NCBI GenBank assembly: GCA_965228855.1
Contig: CBDDIJ010000002.1
Coordinates: forward strand, 672,001-736,000
Length of the DNA: 64,000 nt
Reading direction: 5' to 3'
Source of the DNA: Candidatus Obscuribacterales bacterium
GTDB taxonomy: Bacteria > Cyanobacteriota > Vampirovibrionia > Obscuribacterales > Obscuribacteraceae
Positions 48,224-58,194 of this stretch are shown one piece after another. How positions within the stretch are numbered: the stretch's first letter is position 1; each line of letters begins with the position of its first letter. The notes below the pieces were generated by a model. It was not told where the DNA came from, ran no database searches, and saw only the letters and a program-made list of their open reading frames with translations. The translations under genes and the position numbers were made by a program.

Positions 48224-49683
48224 TTTTGGGCAAGGACCTTGGCCAACTTTCGAATGCCTTTGCGAATCTCATCCTCATTCAGACTGCCGATTCCCATGAT
48301 GAACTCTGTTTTTCGATTTTTCGTCAGGTAGAAACCTCGGCTGCTGGTCAATCCAATCCCCGCACGAGAAGCGCGATTCAGGATCTCTGACTCGCTCAGA
48401 TTCACGCGGAACTCAACGAGAACGAAAACACCATTCTTATTCGGACCGATAGTGACCTTATTGCCAAAGTGCCTTTTAAGCTCTTCCACCAAAACAGTTC
48501 GACGGCTTTTGTAGAGATTGCGGAGGCGCTTCACGTGGCGCTCCAGGTGACCTTCGTTTATAAAATCAACCACAGCTGCTTGCACAGGCGGCGACAATTG
48601 TTCGCTCATCAATGCACGCGCCTGTTTGTAGGCAGACACCAATTGCGGTGGCACAATCAAATAGCCCAGCGCAAGTGATGGAAACATGAGTTGGTTTAAA
48701 GTGCCTAGATACACAACGCGCTGGTCCTTGTCGAGCGTCATCAGTGCTGGAATCGGGCGGCTTGTTCCATGATATTCGCTGTCGTAATCGTCTTCGAGAA
48801 TCAGAGTGTTGTTGGTTTTCGCCCACTCCAATAACTCCAATCGCCTGGAAAGTGGGAGCGCACCGCCGGTTGGAAACTGCCGCGTGGGCGTGACATAAGC
48901 CATATCGACTCCGTCGTTTGACGACGGCAGCAAGTCCGTTCTCAAACCGAACTCATCGACAGCAACTGGCGTAATCCTGGCGCCAAGGGCCCTCATTATG
49001 GTTGGTGGAAAACCAGGATCTTCGACGACGACATTGCTTCCCTCACCAAGATGCATTCGCGCGACGAGATCGAGCCCCTGGTTCAAACCGAACACGGGAA
49101 TAATTTGCGACGGATCACAATCAACGCCTCGAAATCGCTTAACCAGTCCAGCGAGGGCCTGTCTCAATTCAAGCGATCCCTGCGAATCGGAATTGGTATC
49201 AAGCATGGTGACACTCGCGCCTCTAGCATGCCGCCCGATCGCTCGTGCCCATTCGGTAAGTGGAAACTGATCCAGCGCCGGTCTCCAGCAATAGAACGAA
49301 ATCTCCGGCTCCTTAGTTGAGGTCTCCAATGCAGGCATTTGAGAAACAAACCGTCCGTATTCAGACAGCGAGTAGTTTGCGCCCTTGCGCGTTTTAGCCG
49401 GCGAAATCTTCAAACTTGCCAGCGGAGCATCGCCCAGCTGCGGCGATATGTACGTACCCGAACTTCGACGCGTCTCGACATAACCCTCCTGGGCCAGCTG
49501 AAACAGACAGGTCTCAATCGTCGGTCGCGAAACACCGAGCAGACTAGCGAAGTCTCTTGCGGGCGGCAATTTATCGCCAGCCTTTAGCGATCCGTTGATA
49601 ATCATTTTTGTAAGCGCATCGTACAACTGCCGATGCATCGGCGTCTCCGATTCGCGCCGCAAAACTATATTCTCAACTTTCAT
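48220..49683 (-). CDS. MocR/GabR-family GntR-HTH plus PLP aminotransferase-domain regulator
   Basis: GDKLPPARDFASLLGVSR; YVTPTRQFPTG; ILEDDYDSEY. Confidence 0.92.
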   Translation of the reverse strand: MKVENIVLRRESETPMHRQLYDALTKMIINGSLKAGDKLPPARDFASLLGVSRPTIETCLFQLAQEGYVETRRSSGTYISPQLGDAPLASLKISPAKTRKGANYSLSEYGRFVSQMPALETSTKEPEISFYCWRPALDQFPLTEWARAIGRHARGASVTMLDTNSDSQGSLELRQALAGLVKRFRGVDCDPSQIIPVFGLNQGLDLVARMHLGEGSNVVVEDPGFPPTIMRALGARITPVAVDEFGLRTDLLPSSNDGVDMAYVTPTRQFPTGGALPLSRRLELLEWAKTNNTLILEDDYDSEYHGTSRPIPALMTLDKDQRVVYLGTLNQLMFPSLALGYLIVPPQLVSAYKQARALMSEQLSPPVQAAVVDFINEGHLERHVKRLRNLYKSRRTVLVEELKRHFGNKVTIGPNKNGVFVLVEFRVNLSESEILNRASRAGIGLTSSRGFYLTKNRKTEFIMGIGSLNEDEIRKGIRKLAKVLAQN

Positions 49684-49709
49684 CCCGCTATCATACACCA
49701 AAAGACCCT

Positions 49710-50198
49710 CTACTATCTCTTGTCACACCCTTGTGGTTTCGAAACGGTCTGCCAGCAAGACTCTCCCCACCTACCCCACCGCATCGAAGACTTTTGTCTA
49801 CGAGCCATTGCCGGAATTTCAAAAATGCGTCATACCCACAGCGACAAGCATGGACTAAACCGCTTTCGACTACCTCGAAGACCTCTACTATCTCTTGTCG
49901 CGCCCTTGTGGTTTCGAAACGGTCTGCCAGCAAGACTCTCGTCACCTTGCCCCATTGCTTCGAAACTTTTGTCTACGAGCCGTTGCCGGATTTCGGCAAA
50001 TGCGTCATACCCACAGCGACAAGGCAAAAAGATCCTCTACTATCTCTTGTCGCGCCCTTATGGTTTCGAAACGGTCTGCCAGCAAGACTCTCCCCACCTA
50101 CCCCACCGCATCGAAGACTTTTGTCTACGAGCCATTGCCGGAATTCGACAAATGCGTCATACCCACAGCGACAAGCATGGACTAAACCGCTTTCGACC
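49710..50198. repeat. Dispersed 54-bp-core element, locus E (cores 49794-49847, 49969-50022, 50121-50174)
   Basis: [CTACTAT 84-bp left arm + core] x3. Confidence 0.9.
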
Positions 50199-50391
50199 AA
50201 TTCAACACTTCCGAAACGCGCACTGGCAGAGACTTCCAGTCACACCTACTACATCATGTCATTCGGGAAAAGGTTTTTAAAAAAAAGGAAAAGGCGGGAA
50301 GATGGGCTCGGTTAGAAGTCCATATCCCGCCTCGGTCCTCGGTTTAGTCGAGGAAATAATCACGGTGCAGCGGTTGAGTCGGGTCGACCGC

Positions 50392-51165
50392 CTACTTCGC
50401 GAAATCGGTGACGCCGGACTTCTTCAGAACTTCCGAGTCGATGAAGAAATTGCCGTTCGTGTCCTTCGCCGGCTGGGTCAGGATCCAGTAGGCCGCGTCG
50501 GCAACGATTGCCGGCAAGCGGCATCCCTTCACGGTGTCGTCACCGCCCAGCAAATTGCGAACCGCAGCGGTCGCGATGGCTGTTTCGGGCCAAAGAGAGT
50601 TGACTCCAACACCCTTGTCGGCAAACTCTTCGGCCATGCCCAGCGTGCACATGCTCATGCCGTACTTCGCCATGGTGTACGCGACGTGGTTCTTGAACCA
50701 CTTCTTGTCCATGTTGAGCGGCGGCGACATGTTGAGGATGTGCGGATTAGTCGCCTTCAGCAAATGCGGCAACGCCAGGCGAGACATAAGGAATGTCCCG
50801 CCGACGTTGATTTCATGCATCAGCCGATAACGCTTCAGGTCGGTTGCGAGCGTGCCCGTCAAGCTGATCGCCGAGGCGTTGTTGACGAGAACATCGATGC
50901 CACCAAAGTCGGTGACAACTTTCGTGATCGCAGCTGCGACCTGGTCTTCGAAACGGATGTCGCACTGAATCGCCAGAGCTTGGCCACCAGCCTTTTTCAC
51001 ATCATCTGCCGCGGTGTGAATCGTACCGGGCAGCTTCGGATTGGCATCGGCAGTCTTGGCGAGTATGGCGACTTTGGCACCGTCTTGAGCGGCGCGAACA
51101 GCGATGGCGTGACCGATTCCGCGGGACGCTCCCGTGATAACGATCACTTTGTCTTTCAGAGACAT
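50392..51165 (-). CDS. Short-chain dehydrogenase (HSDL2-like), apparently truncated by an in-frame TAG
   Basis: TGASRGIG, NNAS, YTMAK; the frame continues AVDPTQPLHRDYFLD to TAA at 50344. Confidence 0.9.
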   Translation of the reverse strand: MSLKDKVIVITGASRGIGHAIAVRAAQDGAKVAILAKTADANPKLPGTIHTAADDVKKAGGQALAIQCDIRFEDQVAAAITKVVTDFGGIDVLVNNASAISLTGTLATDLKRYRLMHEINVGGTFLMSRLALPHLLKATNPHILNMSPPLNMDKKWFKNHVAYTMAKYGMSMCTLGMAEEFADKGVGVNSLWPETAIATAAVRNLLGGDDTVKGCRLPAIVADAAYWILTQPAKDTNGNFFIDSEVLKKSGVTDFAK

Positions 51166-51315
51166 ACTTGAACCTCGAGTCAGTCATCTGCAATAAACAG
51201 TCGGCTCGGTTGCAGCACACGCCACAAAAGAGCCTCGCCCGCCGGCAGCACGACGCCGCCGGCGGACACAGGCAGTCAAATCGACGGGTACTTGCGCACC
51301 CGAATAAGCGCGAGC

Positions 51316-51747
51316 TTACTTGTAGTAAAGCTCGCCGTGAACGATCTCGCGACCGTTCAGGTCTTCGTCACCTTCGAGAACGCGTTCGGCGCGTGCCACC
51401 AGATCCAGTGCCATCGTGGTGAGGGCGTTCTGGCTGGCGATGCGGGCCGTCGCCATCGCTTCGAAGTTGGTGAACACGAGCCCGGCGGAGCGAGCGAGGA
51501 ACTCCTCGACCGTCGCCTGCAGCCCTTCGGACCCCGCGTCCTTCAGCTCCACACCGACCTGCTTGGTGGCGCGTTCGGCAAGCTCGCGAGCCTGCGCGGC
51601 GAGAATGGCGCAGAAGATGCGCGTCGAGTGGTTGAGCGAGGAGTACGGCCACTTGTCCGACTGCGCGTTGGCGATGACGACAGCGGCGCGTTCGGTCACT
51701 TGAACGGCCAGCTTGATGCGACCGTTGATTTGGGTGATTTCGTTCAT
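51316..51747 (-). CDS. Hypothetical helical protein
   Basis: GGAG RBS, GC-rich third positions, co-oriented with its neighbours. Confidence 0.65.
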   Translation of the reverse strand: MNEITQINGRIKLAVQVTERAAVVIANAQSDKWPYSSLNHSTRIFCAILAAQARELAERATKQVGVELKDAGSEGLQATVEEFLARSAGLVFTNFEAMATARIASQNALTTMALDLVARAERVLEGDEDLNGREIVHGELYYK

Positions 51748-51803
51748 GAGAACTCCAGTCAATTACGTTGTCTGTGCTTGCGAATTTGCAGTAATGAAAC
51801 AGA

Positions 51804-52934
51804 TTACGCCGCGCCCTTGTAACCCAGCTTTTCGCGAACCGCCACCACATCCAGTGACGGGTCTTCGTTGAGCATTTGCGCGACTTGCGCTGCCACCTCG
51901 GGCAAGCGAAAACTAATAGGACCAGCGCCATCGATCAAAACCTCCGGCTTGGCACCGGGATCGTTTTGATTCTCTGCATACTCGCCCGATTTCAACCCGA
52001 CCGCGATGACATGCGGGAAGATCGCCGGCTCGGCGATCGACATCATGTCTTTGTGGTCGAGAAAAACAGCATCAGCCTCACTTTGCACCACCCAGCCGTC
52101 GAAGCGATAATTCGAGTGAACTCCACCGAAATCGCTCCCGTCTTTGAAGAAACGGCTGACTCGGAAGAGAACTTGACCAGCTCCGGGAACATTGATGCTG
52201 ACCTGTTTCCGGTTGTTCCACAGATTGGGCGCCAGGTGATCGCTCATCTCCCGACTGATGAGGTGTCCGTTGAGGAAAACCTCCATCGCCCAGTCGCTCG
52301 ATTCCTGAGCGGCGGCATCAGCGGCGCACCACAGGTTGTACGTCGTGGTACCGCCTTGAACCGCGCGCAGCTCGGTCGTCTCACCCGGATGCGTGGACCA
52401 GGATGCGTGAATCGCGGCGCCACTACCGGCGGAGGCACCAGCCAGAACGATGTGACCAGGCTTGCCTGCGCCGGTTTCCTGCGCAAGACTGTGCGACTCC
52501 CAACCGGTTCCGTCCATGGCGTGAGTGTAGCCGCCAAACGAAAGATTGGCTACCGAAGCCAATCCTCGTTCACGACAGATTGCCACCGCCGTGCGGTACG
52601 CCTCGGTCCAACCGGGCTTAACCTGCGCGCCATGCGCGAACTCCGTTCTGACGAGCCGGACTTGATCATTGTATGCACGCACTAGAACAACCGGAAGGTC
52701 CGGGTTCACGCCGAGCAGACTTTGCAAAACCAGCGAGCCATGATTGAGGTCATCGCGAGCAACAATGCCAAGTTCATTGGCATTGCGCTCCATGGTCAGA
52801 TATGGCGAATCGTCAGTCCCGGTCGCGACGTGGCACGTGTCCACGTCCAACGCAGCGATGATCTTCCCCGCCGCCTGCAGGGAAGACCGTGAGAAGCCTG
52901 TATCGATGATGATTACGGCAGTTTTGTCTCTCAC
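51804..52934 (-). CDS. Divergent subtilisin-like (S8) protein
   Basis: IIIDTG, NHGSLV, VANLSFG, GPISFRLPEVA (compare GTSMATPHVA). Confidence 0.6.
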   Translation of the reverse strand: MRDKTAVIIIDTGFSRSSLQAAGKIIAALDVDTCHVATGTDDSPYLTMERNANELGIVARDDLNHGSLVLQSLLGVNPDLPVVLVRAYNDQVRLVRTEFAHGAQVKPGWTEAYRTAVAICRERGLASVANLSFGGYTHAMDGTGWESHSLAQETGAGKPGHIVLAGASAGSGAAIHASWSTHPGETTELRAVQGGTTTYNLWCAADAAAQESSDWAMEVFLNGHLISREMSDHLAPNLWNNRKQVSINVPGAGQVLFRVSRFFKDGSDFGGVHSNYRFDGWVVQSEADAVFLDHKDMMSIAEPAIFPHVIAVGLKSGEYAENQNDPGAKPEVLIDGAGPISFRLPEVAAQVAQMLNEDPSLDVVAVREKLGYKGAA

Positions 52935-52985
52935 AAGACCTCCTACTCCTGTTTACAGGAAAGTTAGAGAGACCGGCAGCCCGCC

Positions 52986-54758
52986 TCACTTCGTGATGAC
53001 GAACTTGTCGATCTCTTTACCGCTCATGTCGATTTGCCTGAGCGTTGCTGTACCCCCATCGATGTCGCAAACCGTGAAGGAATGCCGATCGCCGATGAGT
53101 TTGTGGGTAAACGGTTTCCACTCTTCCGTCCGCCAGTGGATGCCGGAAGGATCGAGCTTGGCGCCGCCAGCGCCCGTGGTGACGTAGATGACGCCATTGG
53201 GCTTGGTGACGGTTTCGCCATCGTAGGTTTTGTCGAGAGCGAATTCGCCGCCAACATAACCGTCCTTGTCGATCACCGAACCGTCAGGCTGCACGTCCAC
53301 CTTGAACTTCAGCGGGAAGCTGCGCTCGTAGTAGTGGCAGTGACCGTTGAAAACAACGTCCACACCGTACTGCTGAAACATCTCGGCGAGGAGTCGCATA
53401 CGCTTCTCCTGACCGTGTTTCGGGTTAGACGAAAAACCGGGTTGATGGAAGTTGACGAACTTCCACTTGTACGACTGCGCACCGGCAAGCTCCTGCTCAA
53501 CCCAGTCGCGAAGCGCCTTGAGCGTCCAGTCCATGTAAGCGTTCGCATCCAGCACCAGCCAGAAAACGTCGCCGTTCGGGAACGAGTAGTTGCCCATGCG
53601 CGGAAACCGCTCACCTGCCACTGCGAGAAACCGCTTGATGCGGTCCTCGGTACCGCGAAGCTCGGGAATGTTCTTCGAAGCGCGCGGGTCGACGAGCGGA
53701 CCATTGAGCGGCAGCGACCAGTACATGAAGTGCGCGTGCAGGTCGGGGTAGACGTCGATGAGCGGCGTCAGGAACCACTCCGTCTTGCCGACGCAATGAT
53801 TGCCCAAGGAGGTGAACGTGAGGACCTCCGAGAGGAGCGGCGCGCCGACTCCCGGTTCAACCACACGTGAGTTGTAGACAGGCAGAAAGCGCCTCAAATA
53901 CTCCGAAGCGCGACCGTGCATGTAGACGACGTCACCGGTAATGCAGAGCAGGTCCGGCTTGAAGTCGGTGTAAATCCGGTGCGCAATTCGAGTCGATTCG
54001 ACCGAACCGTTACCGGTGTCACCGACAATCACAATTCGATGAGGCGTGTCCTTCGGCAGGCGAGCTCGCGCCTCGGCTTCGAAAAGGACCTTGCCGCCCT
54101 GTGTCACCCAGTACTTGAACTTCTCGCCAGGCTTGAGGCCACTCACGGTGTAGGCGAGCCGGCGATGCGGTGGAACACCCTCCAGACAGACCGCCGACGC
54201 AACCGGCTCCGAGACGGCGAGTTGCCGGTCGGAGAAGGCGCCGACAGTGAAGCCATGCTGGTCGGGGTGCGGGAAAAACAGGATCTCGACGCAGTCGAGC
54301 CGCGTCTCATCCTTGCCGATCTGCACCATCGGCGGGACCATGAAGGGACCCTCCGGTCGCGTCCAGACCGGGGCAGGAACCGGCGGTTCGGTATCGGCCT
54401 CGTTTTTCTCCGGCTTGTCGGGCGAATCGTGATACACGACATCACCACCGGCAGTGCTCGACTTGGCGGAACGCGAGACACCGTCACCGGAACGCCTCGG
54501 GCGCGGACGACCATCGGGGAAGTGCGTAGCGGTGCCGGACGGCTCACGCCACGTCGAAAAATCAGGACAGCCGCAGGTTTCATGGCCGGAGCCATCCGAC
54601 CTGCGAGAATTATCTGTGGAAGGATCGCGGGTGCTGCCGCCTCCGTCGGAACCAGTCTTGGAACCGGTTCCGGATTTCCGAGTCTTTCTCCAGACCCAGA
54701 ACAGGAAAGCAGCGTTGCCCACGAGAAGCAAGATGTAGAGGGCGATGCTTTTGCCCAT
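52986..54758 (-). CDS. Membrane-anchored purple-acid-phosphatase-like metallophosphoesterase
   Basis: VGDTG, TGDVVY, LGNH, FHQP, NGHCHYYER; N-terminal TM helix. Confidence 0.88.
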   Translation of the reverse strand: MGKSIALYILLLVGNAAFLFWVWRKTRKSGTGSKTGSDGGGSTRDPSTDNSRRSDGSGHETCGCPDFSTWREPSGTATHFPDGRPRPRRSGDGVSRSAKSSTAGGDVVYHDSPDKPEKNEADTEPPVPAPVWTRPEGPFMVPPMVQIGKDETRLDCVEILFFPHPDQHGFTVGAFSDRQLAVSEPVASAVCLEGVPPHRRLAYTVSGLKPGEKFKYWVTQGGKVLFEAEARARLPKDTPHRIVIVGDTGNGSVESTRIAHRIYTDFKPDLLCITGDVVYMHGRASEYLRRFLPVYNSRVVEPGVGAPLLSEVLTFTSLGNHCVGKTEWFLTPLIDVYPDLHAHFMYWSLPLNGPLVDPRASKNIPELRGTEDRIKRFLAVAGERFPRMGNYSFPNGDVFWLVLDANAYMDWTLKALRDWVEQELAGAQSYKWKFVNFHQPGFSSNPKHGQEKRMRLLAEMFQQYGVDVVFNGHCHYYERSFPLKFKVDVQPDGSVIDKDGYVGGEFALDKTYDGETVTKPNGVIYVTTGAGGAKLDPSGIHWRTEEWKPFTHKLIGDRHSFTVCDIDGGTATLRQIDMSGKEIDKFVITK

Positions 54759-54876
54759 AGCGTATTTCTCCTCGTCAGCAAAGCGGCACGACATGAGTCG
54801 TTGCCGTCTCATGCATGCGGTTAGTGAGAGTGAGGCGCCGATTCGGGGAGCCACCACCAGCGGTGACAACTCCAAG

Positions 54877-56241
54877 CTACGAGATGGATGCCTGCACTTT
54901 GACTTCGAGCGAAGTAATCGTCTGGCCTTCCTTGTCGAGAACCGTCAAGGTATAGCCGGACAGCGAGATTGAGTCGCCGATTTTGGGCGTGCGCCCGAAC
55001 TTCTCGACGAACGTGCCGGCGAGCGTGATGTTGTAGCCGTCGAATTCGAGCACTCTGGTCGAAACCTTGCTGAACTCGAACAGCGTCACACCACCGGCGA
55101 CTTTCCAGGTGTTCTCCCCGGTTTTGACAATGTCGCGCTGCGGCTTGTCGTACTCGTCCCAGATGTCGCCGACCAGCTGTTCCAGCAGGTCTTCGAGGCA
55201 GACTATGCCGATAGTATTGCCGAACTCGTCGGCAACCATCACCATCGAAAGCCGCTTGGCGCGCATGTCTTCCAGAAGAGTACTGGTCTTCATCGTGTCT
55301 GGCACGAAGTGGGCCTGACGAAGCAGATGAGACAGATTGAACGACTCCTGCAGCGCGGTCGGGACCGCTTTGGCACCACCTCCGGAGGCAGCGTACCGGC
55401 TGAACCAGACATCGAAGAGGTCCTTCGTGCCCAGGATACCGACGACTTTGTTATCGAGCGAATCGAAGACCGGCAACTTGCCGTGCTTCGTCTCCACGAC
55501 AACACGCATCACCTGAGCGAGCGTGAAGTCGTTTCGGAGGTATTGGACCTGTGTCTTCGGACGCATCACGTCGCGCACGGTAAGCGCACGAAGTTCGAGC
55601 GCGCTGACCAGTAGGTCCGATTCCTGCTTGCCGAGAGTCCCTGCCTTAGCGCTTTCCTCCACCATGATTTGGAATTCACGCGCGGAAGGATGACGCTGTT
55701 CTTCCTTCTCGTTCTCGAATCCCATGATGCGAATCGCAAGATTCGACAAGAAGTTCATGACCGAGAGGAAAGGGCTGGTCAGTTTGCAGAACAAGCGGAA
55801 CGGCAATCCGAGCCGCAGCAACGTCTTCTCCGGAAAACGAATCCCGATGAACTTCGGGACCTGCTCTCCGATGATGATATGCGCACCGCTCAGCAAGGCG
55901 AACGTGACCACCAAACCGACCAGATGCGGCACATGCGCGTGCTCGAAACCTGGTATCGCATTCAGTGCCATCTCCAGCGCCGCCGAGACAGCCTTCTCAC
56001 CCATCGCGCCTACGACGAGGCTGGCGAGCGTGATGCCCAGCTGGGCGCCGGCGATACTGTTTTCGATGTCCTTCTGCAGCGCAGCCAACATGGGCGCACC
56101 GTAGGCACCGGACTTGACCATTTCTTGAACGCGACTCTTGCGAAGCCGAATAACAGCGAACTCGGCAGCCACGAACAGACCGTTGGCGATGATGAACAGC
56201 GCCACAATGCCAAGCCACATGAAAATAGAGCCCGTGCTCAT
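54877..56241 (-). CDS. Hemolysin-family CNNM/CBS/CorC transporter
   Basis: NGLFVAAEFA, QLGITLASL, GEQVPK, CBS pair, DEFG, EDLLEQLVGDIWDE. Confidence 0.92.
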   Translation of the reverse strand: MSTGSIFMWLGIVALFIIANGLFVAAEFAVIRLRKSRVQEMVKSGAYGAPMLAALQKDIENSIAGAQLGITLASLVVGAMGEKAVSAALEMALNAIPGFEHAHVPHLVGLVVTFALLSGAHIIIGEQVPKFIGIRFPEKTLLRLGLPFRLFCKLTSPFLSVMNFLSNLAIRIMGFENEKEEQRHPSAREFQIMVEESAKAGTLGKQESDLLVSALELRALTVRDVMRPKTQVQYLRNDFTLAQVMRVVVETKHGKLPVFDSLDNKVVGILGTKDLFDVWFSRYAASGGGAKAVPTALQESFNLSHLLRQAHFVPDTMKTSTLLEDMRAKRLSMVMVADEFGNTIGIVCLEDLLEQLVGDIWDEYDKPQRDIVKTGENTWKVAGGVTLFEFSKVSTRVLEFDGYNITLAGTFVEKFGRTPKIGDSISLSGYTLTVLDKEGQTITSLEVKVQASIS

Positions 56242-56618
56242 GTAGTCTCCAAGGTGTTACTCGGGCGTGGCAGGCGGTTTTACATCAACCGGACATCCAC
56301 TCCCGTCAACATGAAGAACGCTCGATCGCCGTCACTGCTCGCTGGAAGCATAAGAGATTGAGGTATTCGTAAAAGTAATCAGTTCTCTGAGTAGAGATTC
56401 AGTCCAGTGTTTGGAAAAAAATAGGCCAGGTAAATCTAATAGCTCTCTAGCGGCTATATCAACAGCTACGTAGAATCTGATCATAAGTGCTTTATAAGAA
56501 AACGCCGAGACGTAACAACCTCACGCAGTTAGTACTAACTTTTTCTGTGTTAATGCTAATCTGACTACTCTTCTCGGCAAGCAGATCGGCTGAGAGGAAG
56601 TCATTTATCAGGAGACCT

Positions 56619-57578
56619 ATGTCGAGCTCAATCGCACAGCCACTGGGAAGAATCAGACTCGTCCATGCACCGGAGTACAACACCGACTTAGCCTTATTTG
56701 GTGTAGATAAACCGTTTGCGCTGGATCGCGGCGAATTGGTTTTGAAACAGCTGGCAAATGATTTCGATCAGAAGATACCGGTGTTGCGACCCGAGCCGAT
56801 TTCCGACGATCACATTCTTCTTGTCCACACGAAGGAATACCTGGATCAGCTTGCTGAAACCCAAACTTGGCTGAATATATTCGAATTTAAGAATGAAGAA
56901 TACAAGGCAGACACTGCCAAGAAACCGCTCCCGGAGCTCCTCGACGATATTCGCCTCAAGTGCGGCGGGACACGGCTGGCCTGCGAACTCGCATTGGAAA
57001 CCGGTATGGCAGCCAATCTAGGAGGCGGCTACCATCACGCTTATCCGGATCACGGCAGCGGCTTTTGCGTACTTCACGACATAGCAATTGCTATTAGAGA
57101 CCTGCAACGCAAACTTCTTGTGGAGCGCGTTCTCGTCATCGATCTTGACTTTCATCAAGGCGACGGAACCGCTGTAATTTTTCAAAATGATCCGACAGTT
57201 TTCACCCTCTCTGTCCACTCAAAAGAGGGATGGCCAGACGAAAAACAGGTATCGTCCTTAGATGTGGAAATTGCCGAGCACGAAACGCACGAGTATTTGA
57301 AACGCACGAAGGAAGCCGTTCTTCAATCGTTGAACGATTTCTCGCCAGACCTCGTTATCTTTGTAGCTGGTTCGGATCCTTACGAAAAGGACGTCCTGCC
57401 TGGAACTCGGTTCATAAAACTATCGCTGGAAACTTTACTGGAGCGCGATAAATTTGTCATTAATACAATGGCTGACCGCCAAATCCCGCTTGCCATGGTC
57501 TTCTCCGGCGGCTACGGACCTGATGTTTGGGAAGTACATTACGGCGCAGTTAAACACCTGCTAATCAGAAGCATGTAA
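56619..57578 (+). CDS. Histone deacetylase family protein
   Basis: GGGYHHA, GFC, IDLDFHQGDGT, AGSDP, SGGY. Confidence 0.92.
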   Translation: MSSSIAQPLGRIRLVHAPEYNTDLALFGVDKPFALDRGELVLKQLANDFDQKIPVLRPEPISDDHILLVHTKEYLDQLAETQTWLNIFEFKNEEYKADTAKKPLPELLDDIRLKCGGTRLACELALETGMAANLGGGYHHAYPDHGSGFCVLHDIAIAIRDLQRKLLVERVLVIDLDFHQGDGTAVIFQNDPTVFTLSVHSKEGWPDEKQVSSLDVEIAEHETHEYLKRTKEAVLQSLNDFSPDLVIFVAGSDPYEKDVLPGTRFIKLSLETLLERDKFVINTMADRQIPLAMVFSGGYGPDVWEVHYGAVKHLLIRSM

Positions 57579-58194
57579 GCGCAGCTTGCTGAGCCACTTT
57601 ACACACGCACTGCAATTAACAGCAGTTTATTTAAGAAGACAACGAGAAGAGATTTATTGTCAAGCAGACATAAAACCTCACCCATAAAACCAAAGCACTG
57701 GTTGTAAGGAGACGCTCTGTTTTGATAGCTTCTCTATATACGTTTTTGTAACACAACTCAAAGGTCATCGGACGGGATAAGTAATTAGATAGCGAAATTC
57801 GAGAAGACATCGCGAAGGTTTTCGTGAATCGACTCAAACCGCTCTCCACCCCGTTCATCCCCGAAGAGCACTTGAAGCGAGATCGCACCGCCTCATCGGT
57901 GAATACTCGTGCGTGTGTTTTATTCAGCGTTCGCAAGCAAATCAGCCGATGTCGGTTGCACTCTCGAACGTCTTGAAACGCACCGGACGGCACTCGCTCC
58001 GAATGCCGCTTTCCAAGCCTCTTCACAGCAAGATAGTCGTACGGAGTTGGAAAACTCTTTGCGATGTGACGTACAGAATCGAAACGTTCTCGTTGATCCG
58101 CGTTCGCAAAGATCAGCGCTCTCTTGCTTTCCTCTCGATAGAAAAGCTGGCACCAGGACTTAGTTTTGAGGCAGCCAGCGAGGAAAGGTTCTCT

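Noticed and set aside
49710..50198. Tandem repeats here and at 26066, 34477 and 60503 as CRISPR arrays
   Set aside because: Units are 93-175 bp, the intervening sequence is duplicated rather than unique, and there are no cas genes
50392..50394. Genome-wide TAG recoding or pyrrolysine
   Set aside because: Other genes (ZIP, GNAT, Fur, MocR) end in TAG at plausible C-termini, and no pyl genes are present
56242..56618. Riboswitch upstream of the CNNM gene (also considered for the ZIP leader 2252-2520)
   Set aside because: No recognisable M-box, yybP-ykoY or NiCo consensus by eye; an Infernal scan is needed
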